The position numbers and the translations under genes are program-made. This document shows, in pieces, positions 1 to 10,443 of a stretch of DNA of 64,000 bases. Position 1 is the stretch's first letter, and every line of letters begins with the position of its first letter. This stretch comes from Abditibacteriaceae bacterium (GTDB taxonomy: Bacteria; Armatimonadota; Abditibacteriia; Abditibacteriales; Abditibacteriaceae), in NCBI GenBank assembly GCA_965277285.1, contig OZ255721.1, forward strand, positions 384,001-448,000, in the 5' to 3' direction. The notes beneath the pieces were generated by a model. That model had not been told where the DNA came from. It saw only the letters and a program-made list of their open reading frames with translations, and did not search any database.

Positions 1-114
1 ACGATTAGCAGATTCTCAGGTTTCGCAGTAAAATGAGGCATACGTCAAGTCACACAACAACTCACGTCTAACGAGCGACTGATGAAAAGTTCACGCGCCA
101 GGAGTTGACACGAA

Positions 115-438
115 ATGCGAAACGGTTACAAAGACAGCGACGACCATGAAAGCGATCTGGAATTTGATGGTATAAACGCCGATGATGCGATGAACGAGGC
201 GCTCGATGGCGAACCGCGCGCCGCAGAATTGCGACGAATGCGCGCTTTGCTGATCGAACGTCGCGCTCATTTGCTGCACGATTTGAAAGAAGCGGGCGCT
301 GACGAACAAAAAAAGTTGCGTCGCGCGCTGGAAAAGCTAAACGAGCAGATTAGCGTTCTGGGCGAGGAAGCGAACATCACCGCGTTCGTCGAAGACGCTG
401 TACGCGTCGGGTTGGAAATGCGAAAACTACAAAATTAA
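115..438 (+). CDS. Hypothetical small acidic/coiled-coil protein
   Basis: 107-aa ORF, GGAG upstream of ATG, helical heptad-like composition. Confidence 0.65.
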   Translation: MRNGYKDSDDHESDLEFDGINADDAMNEALDGEPRAAELRRMRALLIERRAHLLHDLKEAGADEQKKLRRALEKLNEQISVLGEEANITAFVEDAVRVGLEMRKLQN

Positions 439-439
439 A

Positions 440-624
440 TTCACCGCAGAGAACGCTGAGGACACAGAGAAAAGAAGCGTTTTTCATCGTCGCAGAATTT
501 TGTCTTTCTGAGCGCAGCGAAAAATCTAACTACAAATAAATTCTTCGCTGCGCTCAGAAAGACAAAATTCTGGTTTCGAGTACTCGATTCCTTCCTCTGC
601 GCCCTCAGCGTTCTCTACGATGAA
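440..624. repeat. Nested inverted-repeat element: outer IR family B enclosing inner IR family A (493-572) and a 12-bp palindrome (576)
   Basis: TTCACCGCAGAGAACGCTGAGGACACAGAG ... CTCTGCGCCCTCAGCGTTCTCTACGATGAA around TGTCTTTCTGAGCGCAGCGAA ... TTCGCTGCGCTCAGAAAGACA. Confidence 0.85.
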
Positions 625-638
625 CTCCAAAGGAAATT

Positions 639-1778
639 ATGAAACTTCACGAGTATCAGGCGAAAGAGATTTTTGCGAAATATGGCGTGCCGATTCCCGC
701 TGGTCGCGTCGCCAGCACGCCCGAAGAAGCCGAAACCATCGCGCGCGAACTGGGTATCACCGTTGTCGTAAAATCGCAGGTTCACGTCGGCGGACGCGGC
801 AAAGCGGGCGGCATCAAGGTCGCCAAAACGCCCGAAGAAGCCAAAACTGTCGCGTCGCAAATTCTCGGCATGGACATCAAAGGCTTGAAAGTCGAGCAGG
901 TTTTGGTCGAAGAAGCCGCCGACATCCGCGAAGAATATTACATTGGAATCACGACCGACCGCGCCGCGCGCCGCAACATCGTCATGGTTTCTGCTGCTGG
1001 CGGAATGGAAATCGAGCAAGTCGCGGTCGAGACACCGGAAAAATTGGCAAAATTGCACATTGATCCCGCGATTGGATTGCAGGATTTTCAGATTCGCCAG
1101 CTCGCTTTTGAAGCCAAATTTCCGCCCGCAGTCATCAAGCAAATCGGGCCGTTTTTGAAGGCACTTTATGCGGTTTACGTCGATTACGATTGCAGTCTGG
1201 CCGAAATCAACCCGCTGATTTTGGACGGCGAAGGCAAGCTGATTGGCGCAGACGCCAAGATCGACATTGACGACAACGCGTTGTTCCGCCACAAAGAATT
1301 GGCGCAATTTCAGGAGGCGCAGGAAGACGATCCGATTGAAGCCGAAGCGCACAAGCGCGGCCTGACTTATGTGCGCTTGGAAGGCGATATCGGCATTATC
1401 GGCAACGGCGCCGGCCTGGTGATGACAACGCTCGATGTGGTGCAGCGCGAAGGCGGACGACCGGCGAACTTTCTCGACATCGGCGGCGGCGCCAAAGCCG
1501 AAGTCGTCACCAAAGCGATTGACACGGTTTTGCTCGACAAGAACGTGAAAGGCATTTTCTTCAACATCTTCGGCGGCATCACGCGCGGCGACGAAGTGGC
1601 AAAGGGAATGCTGTCCGCGATTGACACGATGGACATCAACGTCCCAATTGTCGTGCGCTTGACCGGAACACGCGCAGCGGAAGGCTTGGCGCTGCTCGAA
1701 GGCTCGAAACTGACGCCCGCCGCGACGATGCAAGAAGGCGCGCAGAAAATCGTCGCTCTGGTGAATCAAGCCGCTTAA
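639..1778 (+). CDS. sucC: Succinyl-CoA ligase (ADP-forming) beta subunit
   Basis: MKLHEYQAKE start, GGRGKAGG, GNGAGL, PANFLDIGGGA, NIFGGITRGD motifs; AAGGA RBS. Confidence 0.97.
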   Translation: MKLHEYQAKEIFAKYGVPIPAGRVASTPEEAETIARELGITVVVKSQVHVGGRGKAGGIKVAKTPEEAKTVASQILGMDIKGLKVEQVLVEEAADIREEYYIGITTDRAARRNIVMVSAAGGMEIEQVAVETPEKLAKLHIDPAIGLQDFQIRQLAFEAKFPPAVIKQIGPFLKALYAVYVDYDCSLAEINPLILDGEGKLIGADAKIDIDDNALFRHKELAQFQEAQEDDPIEAEAHKRGLTYVRLEGDIGIIGNGAGLVMTTLDVVQREGGRPANFLDIGGGAKAEVVTKAIDTVLLDKNVKGIFFNIFGGITRGDEVAKGMLSAIDTMDINVPIVVRLTGTRAAEGLALLEGSKLTPAATMQEGAQKIVALVNQAA

Positions 1779-1827
1779 TCGAGTACTCGATTTGTAATTT
1801 TAGCCTGCGCCGACATTCCAAACGGCT

Positions 1828-2859
1828 ATGAAACAAACAATCTGCCGCAAAACTGTGTGGGTGTCGAGCGCGCTTTTGTTCGCATTCGTTGTGTCATCGC
1901 GTCCTACGACAGAAGCTTCAACTAATGTTGCGACAACCTCAAAGACTGCAGAAGCTAAGCCGTTTCCTTTGCCTGCCGGTCATTTGCTGTCATTTTCAGA
2001 AGATTCGATCGAAACAATTACGGTGACAGATGCTACGGGAACGCGCGTTTTTGAAGTTGAGAACGCGCGTTCGCCCGTACTCAGTCCCGACGGCAAAAAG
2101 CTGGCGTTTGTGCGCCCCGAGTCGTTTTTGACTTCGCAGGGAATGCAGCACCAGAGCGACATTTGGGTGGTGGAATTGGGCGGCGCGCCTTTGCAATTGA
2201 CGAAATCGAGTGACAACGAATATGCTCCGTCGTGGAGTCCGGACGGCAAACGAATCGTTTTTGCGACGCAGCGCGAAGGGAATTTTGGCAACGGTTTGGG
2301 TTTGCTGGAAGTGATAGATTCTGATGGTGCGCATCGTCACGCGATAACTAAGGATGACGGGCCGACGGAACCGGCGTGGAGTCCTGACGGCAAGCAGATC
2401 GCGTTTGTGCTGCATGGCATTTGCCTGATGAACGCGGACGGCAAGAATCGCCATCGCCTGACCAACGATTACAGCGACGCGGAACCGGCGTGGAGTCCCG
2501 ATGGAAAATGGATCGCGTATTCCAGCGGCGAAGACGAAAGCGTCACGACGCGCGACGGGCGCGATGGGCCGATTGATCATTCAACCGACGACATTTACCT
2601 TTTAAGCGCCAATGGACGCAACGGTTCCGGCAAACGCATCACCGATGGGAAATTCGATTATCAAGCGCCGTGCTGGAGCCCTGACGGCGCCTGGATCGTT
2701 TGCGAATCGGACAAAGACGGCGTGCCTTTGCCGGAACCCTCGTATGAAGAAAGCGACAGTCGCGGCCCTTACAATTTGTATGTGATGAAACGCGACGGCA
2801 GCAGTTTTCAACGCATCACAAACAAAGACTCGTCCCGCCAGCACGCAAGTTGGCGCTAA
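1828..2859 (+). CDS. Secreted TolB-like PD40 (WD40-like beta-propeller) repeat protein
   Basis: Signal-peptide-like N-terminus; repeated P-x-WSPDG(K/A)-x-I motifs. Confidence 0.85.
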   Translation: MKQTICRKTVWVSSALLFAFVVSSRPTTEASTNVATTSKTAEAKPFPLPAGHLLSFSEDSIETITVTDATGTRVFEVENARSPVLSPDGKKLAFVRPESFLTSQGMQHQSDIWVVELGGAPLQLTKSSDNEYAPSWSPDGKRIVFATQREGNFGNGLGLLEVIDSDGAHRHAITKDDGPTEPAWSPDGKQIAFVLHGICLMNADGKNRHRLTNDYSDAEPAWSPDGKWIAYSSGEDESVTTRDGRDGPIDHSTDDIYLLSANGRNGSGKRITDGKFDYQAPCWSPDGAWIVCESDKDGVPLPEPSYEESDSRGPYNLYVMKRDGSSFQRITNKDSSRQHASWR

Positions 2860-2877
2860 ACATAAAACCCTGAACGT

Positions 2878-2913
2878 ACAACGCCCACATCGAGTACTCG
2901 ATATGGGCGTTGT
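2878..2913. terminator. Hairpin centred on the 12-bp palindrome, probable terminator between convergent genes
   Basis: ACAACGCCCA-C-ATCGAGTACTCGAT-A-TGGGCGTTGT. Confidence 0.6.
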
Positions 2914-2937
2914 TATAATCGTGGGTCGTAATTAATT

Positions 2938-2994
2938 CAAATTGCTACCTAATCAGTGCCTGCGAGTTCACTCGCCGGGCATGGTAGCAACTTG
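2938..2994. repeat. Collapsed/short copy of inverted-repeat family D
   Basis: CAAATTGCTACC...TGCCTGCGAGTTCACTCGCCGGGCATGGTAGCAACTTG shares termini and flanks with 24536-24670 and 42789-42953. Confidence 0.6.
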
Positions 2995-3036
2995 GGTTGT
3001 AATTAACAAGAAAGCGCGAAGCGCTAATTGAAGAAG

Positions 3037-3705
3037 TTAGTAATCAAACTTGAAGCACGAGTTAATCAGCGCTTCCAACGCCTCATATTGCTCATGCACG
3101 ATAGGTCTGACTTTGCCCGTCAGCTTCGTCATAGGAATCTCCCCATTGTTTTTAGCGATTTCCTCTCTGACATGAGCCACTGCATCCGAACGGTCGTAGG
3201 TTTCAGTCAATCGACCTTGGTCGAAAATCAGTTCGCGGATGTGCTCGTACTGCCATACCAACTCTGGCCCGATGGAAGACGGAATGTTCGTGCGGCCTTT
3301 CCCAACAATTAATCCGCCTGTAAATGAAAGCGGAAGATTCACGTTTGAGTAGATGAAGTCGCAGTTGGTTTCTGGATGTGAATCATCAATGAAGACAATC
3401 TGTTTAGTGGTCTTGTCCCAAACAAGCATATCTTCGATAAAATGTGGCGCCTCATATCGCACTGGCTCTTGGCTGTTAAGAAGCGGCGCATTTCGTTTAT
3501 CCACGTTGATTTCCAGTTTTGTAAGAAAAAGAACACCGTTAAGAACGCTGTATATGCAATGGTAGCCGTTCCAACATGCCGTTGAAGCGGCGCCCGTTAC
3601 ATGAAGTCCGAAATCTTCAGGAATAAACAACTTGTCGCCAAACCGCTCTTCAATGCGCCATTTTTCGTCTTCGTAAACCAACGCGTTACGAATTTGGTAT
3701 GTCAC
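3037..3705 (-). CDS. Hypothetical protein (lower GC, accessory)
   Basis: Long ORF; likely GTG start at 3705 with GGAG RBS; STACWNGY motif. Confidence 0.7.
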   Translation of the reverse strand: MTYQIRNALVYEDEKWRIEERFGDKLFIPEDFGLHVTGAASTACWNGYHCIYSVLNGVLFLTKLEINVDKRNAPLLNSQEPVRYEAPHFIEDMLVWDKTTKQIVFIDDSHPETNCDFIYSNVNLPLSFTGGLIVGKGRTNIPSSIGPELVWQYEHIRELIFDQGRLTETYDRSDAVAHVREEIAKNNGEIPMTKLTGKVRPIVHEQYEALEALINSCFKFDY

Positions 3706-3731
3706 TGAAGTCTCCCAAGTAGATGACAAAC

Positions 3732-6440
3732 TTACTTCGTCGTCTTCTGCAATCGAGTACTTGAATGGTGGCGCACAGTCGTTGCAACCTTCGGTTTCTT
3801 GATCGTTTTCGTGCTTTCTAACAGGGCCAATTTTAACGCTTCGTCCACGTTTTCGATCAGATGAAACTTCAGCGCCGCTTTTACTTCATCGGGCACGTCG
3901 TCCAAATCGCGTTCATTGTCGTGCGGCAAGATTACGTCGCTTAAACCGGCGCGATGCGCGGCCAACACTTTCTCCTTGACGCCGCCAATCGGCAAGACGC
4001 GACCACGCAGCGAAATCTCGCCCGTCATCGCCAAGTCTTTGCGCACAGGACGATTTGTCAAAGCCGAAACCAGAGCGACCGCAATCGCAACGCCTGCGCT
4101 TGGCCCGTCTTTAGGAACTGCGCCCGCGGGAACGTGAATGTGCGCATCGAACGATTTCGTCCAATCGCCGCTACTGCCGATGTCGGTCGCATGAGAGCGC
4201 GCATACGTCATCGCCGCTTCGCACGATTCTTTCATCACATGACCAAGGTTGCCAGTCAATTTAACGCCGCCTTTTCCGGCGACAAGCGCGATTTCAATCG
4301 GCATCAGTTCGCCGCCCGCTTCTGTCCACGCCAAACCTTGCGCGACGCCGATTTCGTCTTTTTCCTGCGCCGTGCCGTGCAAAAACTTGCGCGCGCCGAG
4401 CAATTCGTGCAACGCCTCGGGCGTGATGAGTTTGGAGACTGCAGGCTGCGGACTGGAGGCTTTCTTGCGCCGCGTTCGAGTACTCGATTTGCCATTCAAG
4501 TTCGCGTTTGCAACGTTGCCGTCGGTGGCTGATTGAGCGTCGTTTTCTGCTTCCTGCGTGTTACCTTCTGCCGCCTGATTTTCCGCGACTTCGCGCGCGA
4601 CTTTGCGGCAAACGGTGCCGATTTCACGTTCCAGATTGCGCACGCCGGCTTCGCGCGTATAATCCTGAATCAGTCTGGAAATGCCGTCATCGGCAAATGA
4701 AATATCGTTTTCGCCGATGCCGTTCTCCTTCATCTGCTTGGGCACCAGATATTGGCGCGCAATCGCCGCTTTTTCCGATTCGGTATAGCCTGGAAAACGC
4801 AGCACTTCCAAACGGTCGCGTAACGCAGCCGGAATCGGGTCGAGCAGGTTGGCAGTCGCCACAAACATCACCTGCGACAAATCGAACGGCACTTCCAAAT
4901 AGTGATCGGAAAACGCGTTGTTCTGTTCGGGGTCGAGCGCTTCCAGCAGCGCCGAAGACGGATCGCCGCGAAAATCGCGCCCCAGTTTGTCTATTTCATC
5001 CAGCATGAAAACCGGATTATTGACTTTCACGCGCCGCAACGCCGAAATTATTCGGCCTGGCATCGAACCGATATAAGTGCGACGATGGCCGCGAATTTCG
5101 CTTTCGTCGTGAATGCCGCCGACCGAAACGCGAATGAACTCGCGCCCCAGAGAACGCGCGATAGATTTCCCAATACTCGTTTTGCCGACGCCGGGCGGCC
5201 CGACGAAACACAAAATCGGGCCTTTGGAATTGGGATTCAGCTTGCGCACGGCGAGGAATTCGAGAATGCGATCCTTGATTTTTTCCAGCGCGTAATGGTC
5301 TTCATCGAGTACTCGACTGGCGTGATGCAGGTCGAGAACGTCGCCGCTGCGCTTGTTCCACGGCAGGTCGCACATCAGTTCGACATAAGTGCGAATTACG
5401 GAAACTTCGGGCGCAATCGGCGGCATTTTTTCCAGTCGCTCGACTTCGCTCAAGGCTTTGGCCTGCGCTTCCTCGGGCATTTGTGCCGCTTCGATTTTCT
5501 GTCGCAACTGGTCGGCTTCTTTGAAAGACGAATCGCCGCCCGCGCCCAATTTGTCCTGAATAGCGCGCAAACGCTCGCGCAAAAAGTATTCGCGCTGACT
5601 GTCGCCGACGCCTTCGCGCACCTGAGAATCGAGTTCCTTGTCGAGTTCTAAAACCTGCAACTCGTGCGTCAACAAGCCTGTGACGTGGCGCGCGCGCTCA
5701 ATCGGCGACAAGGTTTCCAGCGCGGTTTGACGTTCCTCAACTGACACTTCCAGGTAGCTGACAACGAGATCGGCCAAGGCGCCCGGCGTGTCGTGGGTTT
5801 GTGCGCCTTGCGCGGCTTCGGGCGGAATGGTGCGCGAAAGTCCGACAGCGGTTTCAAAGTCTTGGCGCAAGCGGCGCGTCAAGGCTTCGCTTTCCGGCGA
5901 TGGCTCGAAAGTTTCTTCGACAACGATTTCGGCTTGCGCGAGGAAATGCGGGTCTTCGTTCGAGTACTCGATGACGCGCGCGCGGCTGCGGCCTTCCACG
6001 ACGACGCGAACGTTGCCGTCCGGCATCTTCATCATTTGCACGATTTCGCACAAGGTGCCGAAAGTGAACAAATCGCCCGCCACGGGTTCTTCGATATTTT
6101 CATCGCGCTGCGAAACCAGCAAAATGTTCTTGTCGCCTTCGTGCGCCGCTTCCAGCGCTTTGATCGACTTTTCGCGCCCGACAAAAAGCGGCAAAACCAT
6201 GAATGGAAACGCGACCATGCCACGCGTTGGCACGACCGGCAACGTCAAAATTGCGGAAGGTTCAGGTTTGGCCGCGTGGTTTTTTCTTTTGGAACGCGTC
6301 GCGCTTTTGTGCGCCGTCTTGGTCGTATTTTTCGCTTTGGCCATCGTCGCGGAAGAAGTCTGGGAACGGGACGTGGAACGAGTTGTTTTCGGTCGCGCCG
6401 CAGCGGGCGCCGTTTTATTTTGAGAACGAGTAGTAGCCAT
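3732..6440 (-). CDS. lon: ATP-dependent Lon protease
   Basis: LON N-domain, Walker [23 protein letters not shown], catalytic PKDGPSAG and later Lys; start placed at MATTRS. Confidence 0.97.
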   Translation of the reverse strand: MATTRSQNKTAPAAARPKTTRSTSRSQTSSATMAKAKNTTKTAHKSATRSKRKNHAAKPEPSAILTLPVVPTRGMVAFPFMVLPLFVGREKSIKALEAAHEGDKNILLVSQRDENIEEPVAGDLFTFGTLCEIVQMMKMPDGNVRVVVEGRSRARVIEYSNEDPHFLAQAEIVVEETFEPSPESEALTRRLRQDFETAVGLSRTIPPEAAQGAQTHDTPGALADLVVSYLEVSVEERQTALETLSPIERARHVTGLLTHELQVLELDKELDSQVREGVGDSQREYFLRERLRAIQDKLGAGGDSSFKEADQLRQKIEAAQMPEEAQAKALSEVERLEKMPPIAPEVSVIRTYVELMCDLPWNKRSGDVLDLHHASRVLDEDHYALEKIKDRILEFLAVRKLNPNSKGPILCFVGPPGVGKTSIGKSIARSLGREFIRVSVGGIHDESEIRGHRRTYIGSMPGRIISALRRVKVNNPVFMLDEIDKLGRDFRGDPSSALLEALDPEQNNAFSDHYLEVPFDLSQVMFVATANLLDPIPAALRDRLEVLRFPGYTESEKAAIARQYLVPKQMKENGIGENDISFADDGISRLIQDYTREAGVRNLEREIGTVCRKVAREVAENQAAEGNTQEAENDAQSATDGNVANANLNGKSSTRTRRKKASSPQPAVSKLITPEALHELLGARKFLHGTAQEKDEIGVAQGLAWTEAGGELMPIEIALVAGKGGVKLTGNLGHVMKESCEAAMTYARSHATDIGSSGDWTKSFDAHIHVPAGAVPKDGPSAGVAIAVALVSALTNRPVRKDLAMTGEISLRGRVLPIGGVKEKVLAAHRAGLSDVILPHDNERDLDDVPDEVKAALKFHLIENVDEALKLALLESTKTIKKPKVATTVRHHSSTRLQKTTK

Positions 6441-6527
6441 GAATTGAACCGTGCAGTCTATCAAAAAATATACCAATCCTTCTTGCACGGTTTTCGCTTT
6501 TCTTCGTTACAAGACATACTTATCAGC

Positions 6528-6977
6528 ATGAACGTTGATTTGAAGAGTTTTATTAAGGGCGGATTGTTCGGCTCCATTGATTTAGGCACAAGTCGCGCGG
6601 TTATAGAGCAACTTATTGGCTCGCCCGATTCTTGGAGCGCTCAAGTTTGCACTTATGAAACAGCGGAGATTTGGAAATATGGCGACATCGAGTTTTATTT
6701 TCGAGACGATGTGCTCTGGCTAATCTTCTTCGATGGATTCAAAGATCTTAGCGCCGGAAGCAAAATAATTTTAGATGTGTGGATCTGCAGCGAGCATCTG
6801 ACTTGTGCTCAAGCTGCGCGGCATTTATCGAATGCGGAGCTTTCTTTCCAAAAAGCGCTTTTGCATGACTATAACAGCGTTCATCTCACAACAAGTGCGG
6901 GAACCATTCTGGTTTTTTCTGGCGTAGATGAAAAGCAAGCGCCTTTGCAATCGGTTTCTCGAAGGCTTGATTATTAA
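6528..6977 (+). CDS. Hypothetical protein (lower GC, accessory)
   Basis: Non-overlapping 3' part of ORF 5793-6977 starting MNVDLKSF; IWKYGDIEFYF motif. Confidence 0.65.
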   Translation: MNVDLKSFIKGGLFGSIDLGTSRAVIEQLIGSPDSWSAQVCTYETAEIWKYGDIEFYFRDDVLWLIFFDGFKDLSAGSKIILDVWICSEHLTCAQAARHLSNAELSFQKALLHDYNSVHLTTSAGTILVFSGVDEKQAPLQSVSRRLDY

Positions 6978-6983
6978 AAATAA

Positions 6984-7022
6984 AAAAGCATCGAGTACTC
7001 AAATTGAGTACTCGATGCTTTT
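6984..7022. terminator. Bidirectional terminator built from two near-copies of the 12-bp palindrome
   Basis: AAAAGCATCGAGTACTCAA-A-TTGAGTACTCGATGCTTTT between convergent genes. Confidence 0.8.
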
Positions 7023-7051
7023 GGTTTCAAAACGAAAGTTGAAACGAAGAT

Positions 7052-7519
7052 TTAATAGCGTTCGCGCTTTTGGCCGCCGCGACTTCCGCCGCCACCGCCG
7101 CCACTGCTGCGTCCGCCGCCACCGCCGCCGTAGCCGCCGCCTCCGCCATAGCTTCCACCGCCGCCACCGCCGCCGTAGCTTCCGCCACCGCCGCCGTAAC
7201 CGCCGCCTCCGCCACCGCTGCGACGTGCGCCGCCACCGCCACCAAATCCGCCACCGCCGCCGCCACGCTCTTCACGTGGACGTGCTTCGTTGACGGCCAG
7301 GGCGCGACCGTTCAATTCGTAGCCGTTGAACATGTCAATGGCTTTTTGCGCTTCTTCATCGGTCGCCATTTCGACGAAACCGAAACCTTTGCTTTGTCCC
7401 GTGTCGCGGTCGCTGATGACAGCCGCCGAATCCACTGTTCCCGCCTGCGAAAACAACTGCTGCAGGTCATCATCCATCGTGCTGTAGGGCAAGCTGCCTA
7501 CGAATAACCGTTTTCCCAC
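7052..7519 (-). CDS. RRM RNA-binding protein with long glycine-rich C-terminus
   Basis: RNP2 LFVGSL, RNP1 KGFGFVEM, VNEARPRE, poly-Gly tail; GTG start after GAGGAG. Confidence 0.93.
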   Translation of the reverse strand: MGKRLFVGSLPYSTMDDDLQQLFSQAGTVDSAAVISDRDTGQSKGFGFVEMATDEEAQKAIDMFNGYELNGRALAVNEARPREERGGGGGGFGGGGGARRSGGGGGGYGGGGGSYGGGGGGGSYGGGGGYGGGGGGRSSGGGGGGSRGGQKRERY

Positions 7520-7759
7520 TTCTCTCTCCTCACTCGGCTTCATCAGCCTGAACCGCGAAACTGAATTTTTTCGGGTTCCTCGTAACAAACGTTTTCCAAG
7601 TCTCTTTCGAGTACTCGATGCGCTTGTTTTCGTTCCTTCGCAGACCTTTCAATCTTTCGCGCGGGAACTTCTCTCTGCCCGAACTTTCTTGCTCGAGGCA
7701 GAACCGCGAGTGTATCACATATCGTGCCGCGATTCGTGACACAATGCCAAAAACGCACT

Positions 7760-7951
7760 TCAAACTTCTTGACGAAACTTCTTGCGCCAAACCCACAACA
7801 TCACCAATTTGAAAACCAGAATCGCACCGACCACAACCAGCGGCAAAACCCAGTTCGTCGTCCGCAAGATGATCGAAGCGGCCACAAACGAAATCGCATC
7901 AAGCAAAAAAGTTTTCTTGCGCAATTGAAACGCGCGAATGAAATCGTTCAT
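7760..7951 (-). CDS. Small membrane protein
   Basis: 63-aa ORF with two hydrophobic segments and basic ends, fills intergenic gap. Confidence 0.45.
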   Translation of the reverse strand: MNDFIRAFQLRKKTFLLDAISFVAASIILRTTNWVLPLVVVGAILVFKLVMLWVWRKKFRQEV

Positions 7952-7964
7952 GGAACTTTAAACC

Positions 7965-8052
7965 AACGAACCCTGAGCGTCAGCGACGGGCTCGACGTAA
8001 AAGTTTGATGTAATTCTTACGTCGAGCCCGTCGCTGACACTCAGGGTTCGTT
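7965..8052. repeat. REP-like inverted repeat family C
   Basis: AACGAACCCTGAGCGTCAGCGACGGG ... CCCGTCGCTGACACTCAGGGTTCGTT. Confidence 0.9.
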
Positions 8053-8090
8053 TTCTTATCAATCGAGTACTCGATTACGCCGCTTCAGCG

Positions 8091-9395
8091 TTACGCCGCT
8101 TCGACATTTTTGTTGCGCTCGCGGCTTTCGGCTAAAAGCTGCTCGCGCGTTACCAGTTTCGGCTCGTCACCTTTGGTGATGGTGTCTTCGTCAATAATGC
8201 ACTGCGCGACGCCTTTTTGACTGGGCACGTCAAACATCACGTTCGTCATGGTTTCTTCGACAATTGAACGCAAGGCGCGTGCGCCAGTCCGACGCTTCAT
8301 CGCTTCATGCGCAATGGCGCGCAAAGCTTCGGGCGTGAACTGCAATTCGACGCCATCGGCCTGCAGCATTTTGGCGAATTGCTTAGTCACGGCGTTGCGT
8401 GGCTCAGTCAAAATGCTGACCATCGCTTCTTCGTTCAACGGTTCCAATGTCGCCAGAACGGGCAGGCGACCGATGAATTCGGGAATGAAACCGTGCTTCA
8501 TCAAATCGTCCGGCGTCGTTTGCGTGAGTAGAGCAGCGCGCGCAATCGAATCGGAAATCTTCGCCTGCGGATTGGCGCGAAAACCCATCGTCGTCTGGCG
8601 CACGCGCTTTTCGATGACTTTTTCCAGCCCTTCAAATGCGCCGCCGCAAATGAACAACACGCCACTTGTGTCGATCTGAATATATTCCTGCTGCGGATGT
8701 TTGCGCCCACCTTGAGGCGGAACAGCCGCGATAGTGCCTTCCAAAATCTTCAACAACGCTTGCTGCACGCCTTCGCCCGAAACGTCGCGCGTGATCGAAG
8801 GGTTTTCGCTTTTGCGCGTGATTTTATCGATTTCGTCAATATAAACGATGCCGCGTTGCGCTGCTTCCGCATCGCCGTCCGCCGCTTGAATCAGCTTCAG
8901 CAGAATGTTTTCCACGTCTTCGCCGACGTAGCCGGCTTCAGTCAAACTCGTCGCGTCAGCGATAGTGAACGGCACATTGAGGATTTTCGCCAGCGTCTTC
9001 GCCAACAGCGTTTTGCCGCTTCCGGTCGGGCCGATCAGCAGAATGTTGCTTTTTTCGAGTTCGACATCGTCACGCGCGCCCGAATCTTGAATCGCGGTGC
9101 GCTTGTAATGGTTGTAAACCGCGACGCTGAGCACGCGCTTGGCTTTTTCCTGTCCAACGACGTATTGATCCAGAACGTCCTTGATTTCTTGCGGCTTGGG
9201 CAAGGCTTTCAGCTTGGTATTGCTTTCGGCATGGACTTCGGGATGCGCTTCCTTGCCGATGATTTCGTTGCACAAATCGACGCACTCGACGCAAATGTAA
9301 ACGCCCGGCCCCGCAATCAGGTTAGCGACTTGCTCGCGCCTTTTGCCGCAAAACGAACAACGCAGATTTTCGCGGTCTTCTCCAAACATGGCCAC
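8091..9395 (-). CDS. clpX: ATP-dependent Clp protease ATP-binding subunit
   Basis: CSFCGK...C..C zinc finger, [22 protein letters not shown]; start GTG 9395 or ATG 9389. Confidence 0.97.
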   Translation of the reverse strand: MAMFGEDRENLRCSFCGKRREQVANLIAGPGVYICVECVDLCNEIIGKEAHPEVHAESNTKLKALPKPQEIKDVLDQYVVGQEKAKRVLSVAVYNHYKRTAIQDSGARDDVELEKSNILLIGPTGSGKTLLAKTLAKILNVPFTIADATSLTEAGYVGEDVENILLKLIQAADGDAEAAQRGIVYIDEIDKITRKSENPSITRDVSGEGVQQALLKILEGTIAAVPPQGGRKHPQQEYIQIDTSGVLFICGGAFEGLEKVIEKRVRQTTMGFRANPQAKISDSIARAALLTQTTPDDLMKHGFIPEFIGRLPVLATLEPLNEEAMVSILTEPRNAVTKQFAKMLQADGVELQFTPEALRAIAHEAMKRRTGARALRSIVEETMTNVMFDVPSQKGVAQCIIDEDTITKGDEPKLVTREQLLAESRERNKNVEAA

Positions 9396-9531
9396 AGGAC
9401 AACTCCCGATAAACAACGTTTTTCAACTTGGAACAACTTATAAACGACAATTGACGAACCGAATCTCGTTTTCGAGTACTCGATTCGTCAATTCTAACAC
9501 GACACTTGCCACTTGAACGAAATTCGACGTT

Positions 9532-10116
9532 TTAACGCGTTTCTTTTGAAATAATGCTGTCGATGATGCCATAAGATTTGGCTTCTTCGGCGCCCATCCA
9601 ATAATCGCGTTCAGCATCCGCCGCGACTTTTTCTTCCGGCTGACCTGTGTGCGTCGCAATGATTCCCGTCAACGTGCGCTTCAACGTCAACATTTCGCGC
9701 AAACTAATTTCCGCATCCGTCGCCTGGCCTTCAAAACCGCCCGACGGCTGATGAATCATGACGCGAGCGTGCGGCGTGCAATAACGCTTGCCTTTGGCTC
9801 CAGCGCACAACAAAAGCGCGCCGTAAGATGCTGCGTAGCCCGTGCAAATGGTGGCGATGTCGGGCTTGACAGTTTGCATCGTGTCGTAAATCGAGTTACC
9901 GGCGTAAACGCTGCCGCCTGGCGACATGATATACATTTCGATGTCTTTTTCAGGGTCTTCTTTTTCCAAAAACAACAACTGCGCTTGAACGACCGAAGCC
10001 ATTTCGTCCGTGACTGGCCCGTGCAAAATAATGATTCGATCTTTCAGAAGGCGCGAATAAATATCGTAACCGCGTTCGCCGCGCGCTGTGTCTTCAACGA
10101 CGTAAGGAATAAGCAT
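9532..10116 (-). CDS. clpP: ATP-dependent Clp protease proteolytic subunit
   Basis: [27 protein letters not shown]; start MLIPYV after AAGGAG. Confidence 0.97.
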   Translation of the reverse strand: MLIPYVVEDTARGERGYDIYSRLLKDRIIILHGPVTDEMASVVQAQLLFLEKEDPEKDIEMYIMSPGGSVYAGNSIYDTMQTVKPDIATICTGYAASYGALLLCAGAKGKRYCTPHARVMIHQPSGGFEGQATDAEISLREMLTLKRTLTGIIATHTGQPEEKVAADAERDYWMGAEEAKSYGIIDSIISKETR

Positions 10117-10314
10117 CGAGTACTCCTTGAGATAATTTTGTCTTCTTTCACGACAGACAAATGCCGCGCGCGGTTCCATTGACACAAAAGTGCGGGCTTA
10201 ATGCAAATGAAGGAGCGATTAAAATTGCTGGCTCTTGGGAAAGATTGGAGAAAATGTAAGAACGCTTAAAGTGAAGCCTTACATCATTCTGAAAGTTTGA
10301 AGAGAAAGTAGGTT

Positions 10315-10420
10315 AAGCCATCAAACTAAAAGTTTGTCATTCTGAGTGCAGCGAAGAATCTATGTCTGAAGTTAGATTCTTCGCTGCACTCAGAATGACA
10401 AACTTTTAGTTTGATGGCTT
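10315..10420. repeat. Inverted repeat family A with 48-bp perfect arms
   Basis: AAGCCATCAAACTAAAAGTTTGTCATTCTGAGTGCAGCGAAGAATCTA, 10-nt loop, exact reverse complement. Confidence 0.92.
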
Positions 10421-10443
10421 TCGCCCAATTTGGCCGCACACTT

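Noticed and set aside
615..1769. 384-aa minus-strand ORF, and similar long antisense ORFs at 10411-11931, 40651-41601 and 60915-61955
   Set aside because: Shadow frames opposite well-conserved genes, with no recognisable motifs.
7027..7507. Ala-rich ORFs and apparent GCC microsatellite
   Set aside because: Alternative frames of the glycine-rich tail of the RRM protein.
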